Source: Shigella phage Shf125875. Taken from it: DNA of 64,000 nucleotides. The notes under the pieces are model-generated. The model ran no database searches. It was not told the origin of the DNA and saw nothing but the letters and a program-made list of their open reading frames with translations. The stretch is taken from the sequence record KM407600; one strand, 5' to 3'. Of this stretch, positions 13,076-23,670 are shown piece after piece (position 1 is the stretch's first letter; each line of letters begins with the position of its first letter). A program made the position numbers and the translations under genes.

Positions 13076-14359
13076 ATGAGTAAAATCCAAAAATTATTGC
13101 GTGAATCTACAACGTCTACTAGCAACTCAATCGGTCGCCCAAATCTCGTTGCTTTGACTCGCGCTACGACTAAATTAATATATTCTGACATTGTAGCAAC
13201 ACAAAGAACTAATCAACCTGTTGCTGCTTTTTATGGTATCAAATATCTTAACCCAGATAACGAATTCACATTTAAAACTGGTGCTACTTATGCAGGCGAA
13301 GCTGGATATGTAGACCGAGAAAAAATTACTGAGCTCACAGAAGAATCAAAAGTCACACTAAATAAAGGTGATTTTTTCAAATATAATAATATCGTCTATA
13401 AGGTGTTAGAAGATACACCATTTGCAGATATTCAAGAAAGTGATCTAGAATTAGCTCTTCAGATTGCAGTCGTTCATTTAAAGGTACGGTTATTTTCAGA
13501 TGCAGCGGTAACAAGCAAATTTGAAAGCTCTGATAGCGAAATTTCTGATGCAAGATTCCAGATTAATAAATGGCAAACTTCAGTCAAATCTCGTAAACTT
13601 AAAACCGGCCTCACGGTTGAATTAGCGCAAGATTTGGAAGCGAATGGATTTGATGCCCCTAACTTCTTAGAAGATTTGCTTGCTACTGAAATGGCTGATG
13701 AAATTAATAAAGATATTCTTCAGTCTTTAATTACTGTATCGAAACGTTATAAAGTTACTGGAATTACTGACACCGGATTTATTGACTTGAGTTATGCATC
13801 AGCTCCAGAAGCAGGTCGTTCATTATATCGAATGGTGTGTGAAATGGTATCACACATTCAAAAAGAGACAACTTATACTGCAACGTTTTGTGTAGCCTCA
13901 GCTCGTGCAGCTGCTATTCTTGCTGCTTCCGGTTGGTTAAAACATAAGCCAGAAGATGACAAGTATCTTTCACAAAATGCTTATGGATTCTTGGCAAATG
14001 GATTACCTCTTTACTGCGATACCAACAGCCCGTTAGATTATGTTATTGTGGGTGTTGTAGAAAATCTCGGCGAAAAAGAGATTGTAGGTTCCATCTTTTA
14101 TGCTCCATACACTGAAGGAATGGATTTAGACGACCCGGAACATGTCGGTGCATTTAAAGTTGTAGTTGATCCGGAAAGCTTACAACCGTCTATAGGTTTA
14201 TTGGTTAGATATGCTTTATCAGCAAATCCTTACACAGTAGCAAAAGATGAAAAAGAAGCGAGAGTAATTGATGGCGGGGACATGGATAAAATGGCAGGAC
14301 GTTCAGACTTGTCTGTTTTACTCGGTGTTAAATTGCCTAAAATTATTATAGATGAATAA
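13076..14359 (+). CDS. 24: Capsid vertex protein gp24
   Basis: 427 aa, same as T4 gp24; late promoter upstream. Confidence 0.9.
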   Translation: MSKIQKLLRESTTSTSNSIGRPNLVALTRATTKLIYSDIVATQRTNQPVAAFYGIKYLNPDNEFTFKTGATYAGEAGYVDREKITELTEESKVTLNKGDFFKYNNIVYKVLEDTPFADIQESDLELALQIAVVHLKVRLFSDAAVTSKFESSDSEISDARFQINKWQTSVKSRKLKTGLTVELAQDLEANGFDAPNFLEDLLATEMADEINKDILQSLITVSKRYKVTGITDTGFIDLSYASAPEAGRSLYRMVCEMVSHIQKETTYTATFCVASARAAAILAASGWLKHKPEDDKYLSQNAYGFLANGLPLYCDTNSPLDYVIVGVVENLGEKEIVGSIFYAPYTEGMDLDDPEHVGAFKVVVDPESLQPSIGLLVRYALSANPYTVAKDEKEARVIDGGDMDKMAGRSDLSVLLGVKLPKIIIDE

Positions 14360-14367
14360 ACGAAAAA

Positions 14368-14393
14368 GGGACCGTAAGGTCCCTTTTTTTTTT
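14368..14393. terminator. Bidirectional intrinsic terminator between gene 24 and rnlB
   Basis: GGGACC-GTAA-GGTCCC flanked by A5 and T10. Confidence 0.75.
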
Positions 14394-14394
14394 G

Positions 14395-15402
14395 TTATGA
14401 TACTAATTCAATCCATGCAGGACGCAGAACATCTTGCACCATTCGGACTAATTCTTTCTTAACAAGATTCGGATTATCAGATGATGTTAATACAATACCT
14501 TCACGAGAAGTTTCTTCCAGAATATCTTGGACAGTCAATCCCATCACTTTGCCAAAATCTTTTGGCGTTACAGTCCCAATCTTAGAAATAACATTATTAA
14601 CACGATTTAATGTAACATAACAAGCTAGAACATCAAGCAAGTTTTTGTCAACTTCGGTTAATGGAACCTGAGTTTTAATAGGCTTATCAGACTTTTTCTT
14701 TTCACTGAATTTAGAGTTCTTGCACTTAATCGCTACACGAGCACCGTTTGGCAGCCATTTAGGGAAACAAGGCTTCAGAACATAACCTTCTGCCGTATTA
14801 TCGCCAATAACATTAGCATCAAATACACAATTATTTGCTTCTACAAGGTCTTCTGACGCAGTAGCATTATAAGCGGCTAAGACGGAATCAAGGTCATTTG
14901 GAATCATGATAAGAGAATCAAATGTTCCACGTCCAAGCATTGGTGCCATTTTAAAACCGAATTCATTACAGAAATCTTGCATTTCGTAATCACTCATGTA
15001 ATAAGTATCAGCACTTTCTGTGTTTATGATGATATCGAATACATAGAAATCTTTTTCACCATAGTCAACACCTTTCTGGATTCCACCACCAGCGAATTCA
15101 CCAAAGACTTGATATGACACCGGCACTGAAGTTGAAATACTGTCCATGACTTCTTGAACGGCTTTAATAGCTTTATCATACTTCTTGAGTACGATTTCAT
15201 AACCATAAAAATCTTCTGCTAGAAGAATAGGGCCTGTGCGCTTGGCGCATGTGACGTTGTCACGTTCAATTATTAACGAGAAGTTGGTCCCATGGATTTT
15301 CTCACGTGCTACCCAAACACCAGTAGTCAAACCATTAGTGTAGAGTTTTTCAATAAACTTAGAGTTGTAGTGGTTTTCAAGACTGCTGTATTTCTTAAAC
15401 AT
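14395..15402 (-). CDS. rnlB: RNA ligase 2 (Rnl2)
   Basis: 335 aa (T4 334 aa); nucleotidyltransferase motif I KIHGTN. Confidence 0.85.
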   Translation of the reverse strand: MFKKYSSLENHYNSKFIEKLYTNGLTTGVWVAREKIHGTNFSLIIERDNVTCAKRTGPILLAEDFYGYEIVLKKYDKAIKAVQEVMDSISTSVPVSYQVFGEFAGGGIQKGVDYGEKDFYVFDIIINTESADTYYMSDYEMQDFCNEFGFKMAPMLGRGTFDSLIMIPNDLDSVLAAYNATASEDLVEANNCVFDANVIGDNTAEGYVLKPCFPKWLPNGARVAIKCKNSKFSEKKKSDKPIKTQVPLTEVDKNLLDVLACYVTLNRVNNVISKIGTVTPKDFGKVMGLTVQDILEETSREGIVLTSSDNPNLVKKELVRMVQDVLRPAWIELVS

Positions 15403-15521
15403 AAATCACCATTATAAATAATAATATCAAAATAATTAGCAGAGACTCTGTCTCTGACCAGATGTTTAATTTGAATGGATAGAACCTAGATTCATTATAC
15501 CATCAAAAAATGTAAAGCATA

Positions 15522-15773
15522 TTAGAACTTGATTTCTATCCAATGACCATCACGCTGGTCGTGATTAATTTTGTACTGAAAGCCGTTATCACGAAGCCAT
15601 TGACCGACTTGCTCGGTGATAGTTAAATCATTCTTTGACGGGTAGTACGTGAATTGTGTCTGGCCTTTGTCAGCGGCTTTCTCTGCCATCACAGAGAAGT
15701 TAGTAATAAAATCACTCAACAAATTGGCTTTAGTGGCCAGAGCCCTTTCTCTTAATTCCTGTGCAAAACTCAT
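15522..15773 (-). CDS. Hypothetical protein (24.2-like position)
   Basis: 83 aa ORF between rnlB and hoc. Confidence 0.45.
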   Translation of the reverse strand: MSFAQELRERALATKANLLSDFITNFSVMAEKAADKGQTQFTYYPSKNDLTITEQVGQWLRDNGFQYKINHDQRDGHWIEIKF

Positions 15774-15970
15774 TTCTTCACCTTTTTATTAATCAGACGT
15801 TTACGGTATACAACTTTTTCTTTTGCTTTAAACTTTGACCGAGCTGTCTCGGCTTTAGTCCATAGTAATCCAACTTCTTTAGGTTGTAAACCGATTTTTT
15901 GAGCAATTTCTACGAATGAAAATCCCGCCTCATGTAATGTATAAACTTCAACTTCAGCTCTCATAATCAA
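15770..15970 (-). CDS. Hypothetical small protein with helix-turn-helix-like segment
   Basis: 66 aa; segment GFSFVEIAQKIGLQPKEV resembles an HTH; basic C-terminus. Confidence 0.4.
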   Translation of the reverse strand: MIMRAEVEVYTLHEAGFSFVEIAQKIGLQPKEVGLLWTKAETARSKFKAKEKVVYRKRLINKKVKK

Positions 15971-16044
15971 TCCCGTATTATTTGGTTTGTGCCATTATAT
16001 ACATCAATCTCAAGTTGTGTTTTTATGCTTTAAAAACGAAGAAA

Positions 16045-16058
16045 GGGGCCGAAGCCCC
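16045..16058 (-). terminator. UUCG-tetraloop hairpin after hoc
   Basis: Minus-strand GGGGC-TTCG-GCCCC then TTTCTTCG, 6 nt past hoc stop. Confidence 0.55.
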
Positions 16059-16064
16059 TTTCGA

Positions 16065-17195
16065 TTATGGATATGTATAGATGATACCAGTTTCCAAAGC
16101 AGTTTTATGGACGATGTATCCATTACGTGATTCTTGAACATCAACTTCTGGGTAGTCTTTCATCATCTTCTGAAGCGTATAACGATGCAGGTAGTATTTA
16201 CTATCTGGATCTTCAGTTTTCCAATCTTTACCTTCTTCAGTCATTTTTTGGATTTCATCCATAACCCACCAACCGCACCAGATGTAAGCTGAGGTACGAT
16301 GTGGAAGAGGATGAACATAAGGTAATTCACCTTCTGGTTCCGGAGCAACTTTATCAGTCACTTGAACTTGACCTTCTGCTGTAATAGTTTTGCTATCATA
16401 ATCAGCAGCAGTAACAGTTGCAGTCACTTCAATAGTTTGACTTCCAACAGATGAAGTATCAACGGTATATACATTAGTCGACCCTTCTACAGGAGAAGAA
16501 TCTTTCTTCCATGAATACGCAATTTGCGCTTCTTCTGGAGCATCAGTGACATTAGCGGTAAATGTAGCCGAAGCATCTTGTTGAACGTTAATAGAAGGAG
16601 GAGTCAATGTAACCTGTGGATTCATTGTCTTCTTATTAACTGTTAATGATACTTCATTAGAAGTAACTTCCTTTGCATCATAATCTGTTGCGGTTACTTG
16701 GGCTACACACTTGATCTTTTTAACTCCGCTTGTGGTAGGAGTGTAATTGAATGTAGCGCTAGTCGCTTCGCTTACAGGAGAATCGTCAACATACCATTGA
16801 TACGTAGCAGATGCACCTGATGGCTGCGAAGCCAAAGCAGCAGTAAATTTAACAGCTGTTCCAATTACTCCAGCTGAAGGACTATTGGGAGTTACTGCCA
16901 ACGTAGTTGACTGAGTTTTATTTTTAACCGTGATAGTCGTAGTAATTTCTGCTGTTTCAGCATCAGTATCTGGGACTGTGTTTGTTGCAACTACTTTAAT
17001 AGTCTTTTGTCCAGCAGGACCCTTTAATACATAACTAAAAGTTGCTTCAGCTCCATCTTGTGGAGCATCGTCTACAGTCCAAGCATAAGTAATAGTTCCA
17101 CCTCCAGTTTCACCACTGGGCGTAGCAGTAAACTGCTTAGTCTGATCTATAACTCCAGTAGGCGTTTTAGGAGTTATATCAACTGTAAAAGCCAT
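16065..17195 (-). CDS. hoc: Highly immunogenic outer capsid protein Hoc (Ig-like repeats)
   Basis: 376 aa, same as T4 Hoc; Thr/Val-rich repeated beta-rich modules; position. Confidence 0.8.
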   Translation of the reverse strand: MAFTVDITPKTPTGVIDQTKQFTATPSGETGGGTITYAWTVDDAPQDGAEATFSYVLKGPAGQKTIKVVATNTVPDTDAETAEITTTITVKNKTQSTTLAVTPNSPSAGVIGTAVKFTAALASQPSGASATYQWYVDDSPVSEATSATFNYTPTTSGVKKIKCVAQVTATDYDAKEVTSNEVSLTVNKKTMNPQVTLTPPSINVQQDASATFTANVTDAPEEAQIAYSWKKDSSPVEGSTNVYTVDTSSVGSQTIEVTATVTAADYDSKTITAEGQVQVTDKVAPEPEGELPYVHPLPHRTSAYIWCGWWVMDEIQKMTEEGKDWKTEDPDSKYYLHRYTLQKMMKDYPEVDVQESRNGYIVHKTALETGIIYTYP

Positions 17196-17204
17196 AAGTT
17201 ATCC

Positions 17205-17873
17205 TTATTTTAATGTTACGAAAGAAGAATTACGAGTTTCACGAATTAGAACTGATCCATCGCGATTAATATAATAAATTAAGCTAAATAATGTTTGGTG
17301 TGCAGACGCATGTTCAAAACTGGTTGGGCGAGATTTCCAATCAGGTGTTTCGGCTATCCATTGATAAATCCACCAAGGAACAGTAACATACCCTGGGCCT
17401 TTGCCTAATTTAATGAGTGTAGGACTAAAATTTTCAGGCAGAACAAATTTTACTTCTTTATTTACTTCTGGCTTGGGCTCTTTTTCAGATTCAACAACCT
17501 GAGTAATTGCTTCTTCAAATTTATCATGGTCGAATTCTATTTCTTGTTCGACAACTTCTAATACTTCAACTTGTTCTGTTGGAGAATCAAACAACAGAAT
17601 AGCTTCTTCTTTAACTTCTTCGTTGGTGAAATTAACACCGTCTACATCATCTGCGGCAGTAATTAAATCAGTGATAGATAATCCATCAGTTTCAGGTAAC
17701 GGTTCATCAGCCAGTTCGTTAAGAGCTTCTTCGATATCAATAACAATATTATCGAATGATTTTGTTTTCTTAACACTAATGCCAAATTGTTCCGCATATT
17801 CAGACAGTTTAGCTTTGGCTTCCTTTTTATCAGAAAGAGCACGTAACTCTTCAATATAGTCTTTATCGATCAT
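17205..17873 (-). CDS. inh: Inh-like protein (inhibitor of prohead protease)
   Basis: 222 aa; position between hoc and uvsW as in T4. Confidence 0.55.
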   Translation of the reverse strand: MIDKDYIEELRALSDKKEAKAKLSEYAEQFGISVKKTKSFDNIVIDIEEALNELADEPLPETDGLSITDLITAADDVDGVNFTNEEVKEEAILLFDSPTEQVEVLEVVEQEIEFDHDKFEEAITQVVESEKEPKPEVNKEVKFVLPENFSPTLIKLGKGPGYVTVPWWIYQWIAETPDWKSRPTSFEHASAHQTLFSLIYYINRDGSVLIRETRNSSFVTLK

Positions 17874-17886
17874 GGTATTTCCTCAT

Positions 17887-17894
17887 TATAAATA
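17887..17894 (+). promoter_or_regulatory. T4-type late promoter for uvsW
   Basis: CATTATAAATATAACTATA about 30 nt upstream of uvsW. Confidence 0.6.
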
Positions 17895-17923
17895 TAACTA
17901 TATTTATTACATGGTAATTTGAC

Positions 17924-19438
17924 ATGACTGACATTAAAGTACATTTTCATGATTTTAGTCACGTGCGCATTGAATGCGACGAAAGTACGTTTTACGAACT
18001 TCGTGACTTTTTTAGCTTTGAAGCTGACGGGTATAAATTTAACCCAAAATATCGCTATGGGCAATGGGATGGTAGAATTCGACTTTTAGATTACAATCGT
18101 TTGTTACCATATGGACTTGTAGGTCAAATAAAAAAGTTCTGTAACAATATGAGTTATTCTGTATGGATTGACCCTAAAATCTTTGAGACTGAAGACCTTA
18201 CCAGAGAAGATTTTGACGCATGGCTTTCTAAACAAGAAATTTATTCGGGCAACACCAAAATCGAACCACATTGGTATCAAAAAGATGCAGTATATGAAGG
18301 ACTAGTTAATCGTCGTCGAATTTTAAACCTTCCGACATCAGCAGGTAAATCACTAATCCAAGCACTTTTAGCTCGATATTATCTAGAGAACTATGAAGGT
18401 AAAATTCTCATTATCGTCCCTACAACAGCATTGACAACCCAGATGGCTAATGATTTTGTTGATTATCGCTTGTTTAGTCATTCGATGATTAAGAAAATTG
18501 GCGGTGGTGCTGATAAAGCCGACAAATCTAAAAACGACGCTCCAATTATTGTTGGCACATGGCAAACGGTAGTTAAGCAGCCTAAAGAATGGTTCTCTCA
18601 GTTCGGTATGATGATGAACGATGAATGCCACTTAGCAACAGGCAAAAGTATTTCTTCAATCATCTCAGGATTAAATAATTGCATGTTTAAATTCGGTTTA
18701 TCTGGCTCATTAAGAGACGGAAAAGCCAATGTAATGCAGTACGTAGGTATGTTCGGCGAAATCTTCCGTCCTGTTAGCACGTCTAAATTAATGGAAGACG
18801 GACAGGTAACTGAGCTTAAGATTAATAGTATTTTCCTTCGTTATCCGGACGAATTCACCGTTAAATTAAAAGGTAAAACATACCAAGAAGAAGTTAAAAT
18901 TATTACCGGACTAAAACGACGTACAAAGTGGATTGCTCAACTTTCAGTCAAATTGGCTAAGAAAGACGAGAACGCATTTGTAATGTTTAAACACGTTACA
19001 CACGGTAAAGAAATATTTGAAGCTATTAAAGAGCTTGGATACGAAAAAGTTTATTACGTATCAGGCGAAGTTGATACTGAAACACGTAACGCGCTTAAAG
19101 TCATGGCAGAAAATGGTAAAGGCATTATTATTGTCGCATCATATGGAGTATTCTCTACTGGTATTTCAGTCAAGAATCTTCATCATGTTATTTTTGCCCA
19201 TGGTGTTAAATCAAAAATTATCGTACTTCAAACCGTAGGTCGCGTGCTTCGTAAGCATGGTTCTAAAGCTGTTGCTACAGTTTGGGATCTCATCGATGAC
19301 GCAGGTGTAAAACCTAAATCATTAAATACTAAAAAGAAGTATACTCATCTTAATTACTTGTTAAAACACGGTATTGATCGTATCCAACGTTACGCTGATG
19401 AGAAATTTAACTATGTAATGAAAACAATTAATTTATAA
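17924..19438 (+). CDS. uvsW: UvsW DNA/RNA helicase
   Basis: 504 aa (T4 502 aa); SF2 helicase motifs (DECH at MMNDECHLA). Confidence 0.9.
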   Translation: MTDIKVHFHDFSHVRIECDESTFYELRDFFSFEADGYKFNPKYRYGQWDGRIRLLDYNRLLPYGLVGQIKKFCNNMSYSVWIDPKIFETEDLTREDFDAWLSKQEIYSGNTKIEPHWYQKDAVYEGLVNRRRILNLPTSAGKSLIQALLARYYLENYEGKILIIVPTTALTTQMANDFVDYRLFSHSMIKKIGGGADKADKSKNDAPIIVGTWQTVVKQPKEWFSQFGMMMNDECHLATGKSISSIISGLNNCMFKFGLSGSLRDGKANVMQYVGMFGEIFRPVSTSKLMEDGQVTELKINSIFLRYPDEFTVKLKGKTYQEEVKIITGLKRRTKWIAQLSVKLAKKDENAFVMFKHVTHGKEIFEAIKELGYEKVYYVSGEVDTETRNALKVMAENGKGIIIVASYGVFSTGISVKNLHHVIFAHGVKSKIIVLQTVGRVLRKHGSKAVATVWDLIDDAGVKPKSLNTKKKYTHLNYLLKHGIDRIQRYADEKFNYVMKTINL

Positions 19439-19450
19439 GGGCTTCGGCCC
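19439..19450 (+). terminator. UUCG-tetraloop hairpin between uvsW and uvsW.1
   Basis: GGGC-TTCG-GCCC immediately after uvsW stop; no U-run, so possibly an RNA stability or processing element. Confidence 0.35.
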
Positions 19451-19463
19451 TTAGGAGATAAAA

Positions 19464-19697
19464 ATGGTACTTGAATTTAAACAATTTTTATACGAAGCAT
19501 CTATTGACGAATTCATGGGTAAAATTGCTAGTTGTCATACCTTAGAAGGGCTTGAAGAATTGGAAGCTTATTATAAGAAACGTATAAAAGAAACGGAATT
19601 AAAAGATACAGATGATATTTCTGTCAGGGATGCCTTAGCAGGTAAGCGTGCCGAACTTGAAGGCGACGATGATGAGGATGAGGAAGAAGACTTCTAA
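19464..19697 (+). CDS. uvsW.1: UvsW.1-like small acidic protein
   Basis: 77 aa with acidic C-terminus; directly follows uvsW. Confidence 0.6.
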   Translation: MVLEFKQFLYEASIDEFMGKIASCHTLEGLEELEAYYKKRIKETELKDTDDISVRDALAGKRAELEGDDDEDEEEDF

Positions 19698-19745
19698 TTA
19701 AAAAAAAAGGCCCGACCTTTTTGGAAGGGCCAAAAACCATAGGCA
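19698..19745 (-). terminator. Intrinsic terminator for the minus-strand uvsY operon
   Basis: Minus-strand GGCCCTTCCAAAAAGGTCGGGCC followed by T9. Confidence 0.5.
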
Positions 19746-19758
19746 AAAAAAGGTAACA

Positions 19759-19926
19759 CTATAGTAAAAGTTGGGTTTCGTTCAATTGCTCTTCTGAACT
19801 TTCTGAAACCGGCAATTGTTGGACATAATTATAACAAGGACCAGGATGTGCTGGACCTTTGTCTGTTTCAACAACCAATGCAGAATCGATTGGAGTTTTA
19901 CAGACAACACAAATCTTATCTGACAT
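19759..19926 (-). CDS. Small 55 aa Cys-containing protein (below ORF-track threshold)
   Basis: My own translation MSDKICVVCKTPIDSALVVETDKGPAHPGPCYNYVQQLPVSESSEEQLNETQLLL; AGGAGG RBS 5 nt upstream of the ATG; terminator downstream. Confidence 0.45.
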   Translation of the reverse strand: MSDKICVVCKTPIDSALVVETDKGPAHPGPCYNYVQQLPVSESSEEQLNETQLLL

Positions 19927-19958
19927 GATTGCCTCCTAAGTTGAAATTACATATCTAT

Positions 19959-20183
19959 TTATACCACTCGCATGCACATATCGATACCCATATCTTTTGT
20001 ATAAAAATACTCGTCGATATACCCAGCAAACTTCCCTTTAATATAAAGGACGTCTTCGCCGCAAGGATGGTCTGCCAGGATACGAATATCCTGACGTCGT
20101 AGACGATACTTTTCCATTAAGAATTTAATTTCGGTTTCAAATTCTTCATCATTATTAAAGGCATCTTCAATTGAATAACGCAT
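19959..20183 (-). CDS. Hypothetical protein downstream of uvsY
   Basis: 74 aa ORF, stop/start overlap with uvsY. Confidence 0.5.
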   Translation of the reverse strand: MRYSIEDAFNNDEEFETEIKFLMEKYRLRRQDIRILADHPCGEDVLYIKGKFAGYIDEYFYTKDMGIDMCMRVV

Positions 20184-20596
20184 TATTGCCCCGCTTCAAA
20201 TTCTCGCATATCTTGAATATGTTTAAGTGCAAAACTACGAGACTTAACTGCGTCAAGTGCCCCACTACAGAACTCAAGTAAAATTCCCCAGTATTGTAAA
20301 GTAGTCTCTATTTTAAGCACATCTTTATCTGCAGCCAGGACAGTTTTCATTTCAGATTTCTCATATCGGTCCATACTGAATTCATCACCATCACCTCGTC
20401 CCGAGTAGTAGTCTAATCTTGCTTTTAGAGCAGTTTTCTTCTGAGTCTCTATACGCAACATTTCTTTACGAATAAATGAGTGCTTACGTAGCCATTTGCT
20501 GTATAACTTAACATTATTCGCCGTCTCATATTGCAACTTTGTCGTATCAATAGCTAAGTCTGCGTCTAACTCTTCCTGTAAATCTTCCAGCTTCAT
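20183..20596 (-). CDS. uvsY: UvsY recombination mediator
   Basis: Strong similarity to T4 UvsY from MKLEDLQEEL onward; start moved to the internal Met (137 aa) because the MotA-type promoter lies inside the longer ORF. Confidence 0.9.
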   Translation of the reverse strand: MKLEDLQEELDADLAIDTTKLQYETANNVKLYSKWLRKHSFIRKEMLRIETQKKTALKARLDYYSGRGDGDEFSMDRYEKSEMKTVLAADKDVLKIETTLQYWGILLEFCSGALDAVKSRSFALKHIQDMREFEAGQ

Positions 20597-20651
20597 AATG
20601 TTCTCTCTTTTAACTAATAATCTCCCGGCTGTATCGGAAGGACCTAAAACC

Positions 20652-20678
20652 ATTATACATAGGTTGCCTTGAAGCATT
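20652..20678 (-). promoter_or_regulatory. MotA-dependent middle promoter for uvsY
   Basis: Minus-strand AATGCTTCA, 12-nt spacer, TATAAT; overlaps gene 25 stop. Confidence 0.6.
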
Positions 20679-21075
20679 ACACTCTATTGCTTGACGCTAA
20701 CTGAAGTTTAATTTGTTCAATATCGTCAGGGTTGTCTACGACCGAAAATCTAATCTCTACTATAACCGTATAGTCATCATATACTGGCGTTACACTTACA
20801 GAAAGTTTGTCGATGCGTGGCTCATAGTTACGAACAGCTGCCTGGATATTACGCTCAATCGTATCGGCTGTAAGTGGTGTCATGTTCTCGAAAAGTTCAT
20901 CAACCAAATCGCATCCAAATTCAGGGTCGAAGGGGCGTGAGCCTTTTCTAGTTGTCACTATGCCAAGAAGACTATTTTTAATAGAACGAAGTCCTACAGA
21001 ACGAGCAACGTCCTTGTTCCAATCCATACGCATTTCTGGGTCGATATCTGAATAAAGTTTATTGATATTAGACAT
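20677..21075 (-). CDS. 25: Baseplate wedge subunit gp25
   Basis: 132 aa, same as T4. Confidence 0.85.
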   Translation of the reverse strand: MSNINKLYSDIDPEMRMDWNKDVARSVGLRSIKNSLLGIVTTRKGSRPFDPEFGCDLVDELFENMTPLTADTIERNIQAAVRNYEPRIDKLSVSVTPVYDDYTVIVEIRFSVVDNPDDIEQIKLQLASSNRV

Positions 21076-21701
21076 TATAGTAACTCAAAGAATTCTTTGA
21101 GGCCTCGTATTGTGTGAACGTGTGACGCCCCACATTTGGGACATTTAATAGGGGTTGCCAGATAAATTGATGGCGACACCAAAAGATTTTTAATATTGAT
21201 CATGTCATCTTCTGTTATAAGGCCGTAAAGGTCGTTTATTTCTGCTTCAGTTAAATCTTCAACAGGGATAGACTCTCCATTGACAAAAACAGCCTCAATA
21301 CATGAAGCAATCATTAATGCGATATTTTTATCATCAAATAATTTAGGTTGACGGAACTTAATTTTAATACCGCTGAACGAATACCAGGGATCGGCCTGTT
21401 CATCTAATTGAGTGTGCAATAAATTCATATAGACTTGAAATGAATGCCCACAGGAACAATTCCAGGTGTGTTCTTGATTCACTTCACCTAATGAATGTGC
21501 CCACAGATTTACCAACAATAGCTCGGCTTCTTGTTTAGTCAAGTTTTTAGCATTAGAGCAATTAGTGATAATATTGTTCACTGCTGATTCAATAGTACCA
21601 GTAGCCCGAGCACCTATGAGCCCTAAATATTCTTTTAAAGTAAAGGCCCTACAATTCACTTCTTTATCGCCTAAACGTACGGTAAACGTATATTTGTACA
21701 T
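21075..21701 (-). CDS. 26: Baseplate hub subunit gp26
   Basis: 208 aa, same as T4; late promoter upstream. Confidence 0.8.
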   Translation of the reverse strand: MYKYTFTVRLGDKEVNCRAFTLKEYLGLIGARATGTIESAVNNIITNCSNAKNLTKQEAELLLVNLWAHSLGEVNQEHTWNCSCGHSFQVYMNLLHTQLDEQADPWYSFSGIKIKFRQPKLFDDKNIALMIASCIEAVFVNGESIPVEDLTEAEINDLYGLITEDDMINIKNLLVSPSIYLATPIKCPKCGASHVHTIRGLKEFFELL

Positions 21702-21719
21702 GTTAACTCCTTTATTGTG

Positions 21720-21731
21720 TATTTATAAATA
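21720..21731. promoter_or_regulatory. Overlapping divergent late promoters for gene 26 (minus) and gene 51 (plus)
   Basis: Palindromic TATTTATAAATA gives TATAAATA on both strands between divergent genes. Confidence 0.6.
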
Positions 21732-21748
21732 ATAGAAAAGGAGTAATT

Positions 21749-22501
21749 ATGGCTAATATAATTCGTTGTAAATTACCGGATGGTGTTCATCGTTTTAAGC
21801 CGTTCACTGTGGCGGATTATAGAGACTTTTTACTAGTTAGAAATGATATCGAACATCGTTCGCCGCAAGAACAAAAAGAAATAATTGCCGATCTGATTGA
21901 TGATTATTTTGGCGAGTACCCTAAAACATGGCAACCATTTATATTCCTGCAAGTTTTTGCAGGATCTATAGGCAAAACAAAAGTTCCCGTTATTTTCACT
22001 TGCCCTAAATGCTCTAAAGAAAAAACTGCACCATTTGAGATATATCAAAAAGAACTAGTCGAACCTGAACTTGATGTTGCTGGTATAAAAATACGTTTTT
22101 CTTTCCCTGAAAAGTTTTATGACAATAAAGCATTAATGATAAGTGAAAACATAAAAGAAATATATTATAATGATGAATGGTACCCATGGAATGATTTGAC
22201 TGAAGAGAACCAAATCCAAGTAATAGAAGCAATAGACATTGACTCGCTCGAGAAGGTTATTGCTTCTATGAACCCTATTAATTTGACCCTTAGATTAGGT
22301 TGTTGTGAACGACATGTTAAAACATATACTGATATCTTAGAGGTTTTTAAATTGTTAGTTAACCCTGATGAGATTTTTACATTCTATCAGATAAACCATT
22401 CACTAGTAAAGAGTCAATACACATTGGATTCTATTATGCAAATGATTCCTGTTGAACGTGGTATTGCTTTAACATTAGTAGAAAAGGACCATAAAAAATG
22501 A
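21749..22501 (+). CDS. 51: Baseplate hub assembly catalyst gp51
   Basis: 250 aa (T4 249 aa); divergent from 26. Confidence 0.8.
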   Translation: MANIIRCKLPDGVHRFKPFTVADYRDFLLVRNDIEHRSPQEQKEIIADLIDDYFGEYPKTWQPFIFLQVFAGSIGKTKVPVIFTCPKCSKEKTAPFEIYQKELVEPELDVAGIKIRFSFPEKFYDNKALMISENIKEIYYNDEWYPWNDLTEENQIQVIEAIDIDSLEKVIASMNPINLTLRLGCCERHVKTYTDILEVFKLLVNPDEIFTFYQINHSLVKSQYTLDSIMQMIPVERGIALTLVEKDHKK

Positions 22502-23670
22502 CAGTATTCCAACGTCCAGGATATCCTAACTTAAGCGTTAAATTATACCAAGATTATTCGGCTTGGCAAGAAAATAGATACGTTGAACTCGCAGCAACAA
22601 TAACAACTTTAACCATGCGAGATTCGCTATATGGAAGAAATGAAGGGATTCTTCAATTTTATGACACTAAAAACATCCACACTAAAATGGATGGTAGACA
22701 GATAGTTCAAATCTCTGTTTCAAATTCAAACACACCTCTCCAAGTTAGAACTCGAATTTACGGATGTAGACATTATTCTGTGTCTGTGGACTCAAAAGGC
22801 GACAATATTATTGCAATTGAGCTTGGAACAATACATTCTATAGAGAACCTTAAATTTGGGCGACCGTTCTTCCCGGACGCAGGAGAATCTATACGTGAAA
22901 TGTTAGGTGTCATATACAAAGACCGTACGTTAATTACTCCGCCAATAAACACTATTAATGCTTATGTTCCTGATATTCCTTGGACAAGCACATTTGATGA
23001 TTATTTGGCATATGTCAGAGAATTAGGACTTGCTACAGCGAGTGATAAGTTCGTATTCGTATGGCAAGATATTTTAGGCGTAAACATGATTGACTACGAT
23101 ACTCTTATTGGCCAGGAAGGCATTAAGATGATTGTAGGCGAGCCAAATACCGTAGGCCAGTATATTCAAGAGCTTGAGTATCCATTAGTATGGGATTTCA
23201 CCTGGATGACTAAAGCTAACCAATTTACAAGAGACCCTATTAAAAACGCCACAATATTCGCCCATTCATTTTTAGATACATCTATTCCGGTTATTGTTAC
23301 AGGTGATGGTGATAATGCTATTCTTGTGTCAAGATCCGGCGGATATTCCGAAATGACCTATCGTAATGGATTTGAAGAAGCAAGTCGTCTTCAGACAATG
23401 GCTCAATACGACGGTTATGCTAAATGCACTACTACAGGTAATTTTAACATAACGCCTGCTACTAAAATTATATTTGTTGACCAAAAGAACCAATTCAAAT
23501 CCGAATTTTACGTGGATGAAGTTATTCATGAGTTATCAAATAACAACTCACAAACTCATCTGTACATGTTTACCAACTCAATGGTGTTAGAACCTGTTAA
23601 CCCAGTTAAGGTTAAAAATGAACTTAAATCTGATTCTACCTCTAAAGAAAATAATTCTACCACAGTCTAA
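22498..23670 (+). CDS. 27: Baseplate hub subunit gp27
   Basis: 390 aa (T4 391 aa). Confidence 0.85.
   Translation: MTVFQRPGYPNLSVKLYQDYSAWQENRYVELAATITTLTMRDSLYGRNEGILQFYDTKNIHTKMDGRQIVQISVSNSNTPLQVRTRIYGCRHYSVSVDSKGDNIIAIELGTIHSIENLKFGRPFFPDAGESIREMLGVIYKDRTLITPPINTINAYVPDIPWTSTFDDYLAYVRELGLATASDKFVFVWQDILGVNMIDYDTLIGQEGIKMIVGEPNTVGQYIQELEYPLVWDFTWMTKANQFTRDPIKNATIFAHSFLDTSIPVIVTGDGDNAILVSRSGGYSEMTYRNGFEEASRLQTMAQYDGYAKCTTTGNFNITPATKIIFVDQKNQFKSEFYVDEVIHELSNNNSQTHLYMFTNSMVLEPVNPVKVKNELKSDSTSKENNSTTV

Noticed and set aside
20597-20677. N-terminal extension of uvsY (164 aa form); likewise the long forms of alc (to 42270) and the alt.-1-like ORF (to 28398)
   Set aside because: The extensions would contain the genes' own promoters, and internal Met starts match T4 protein lengths and have RBSs.
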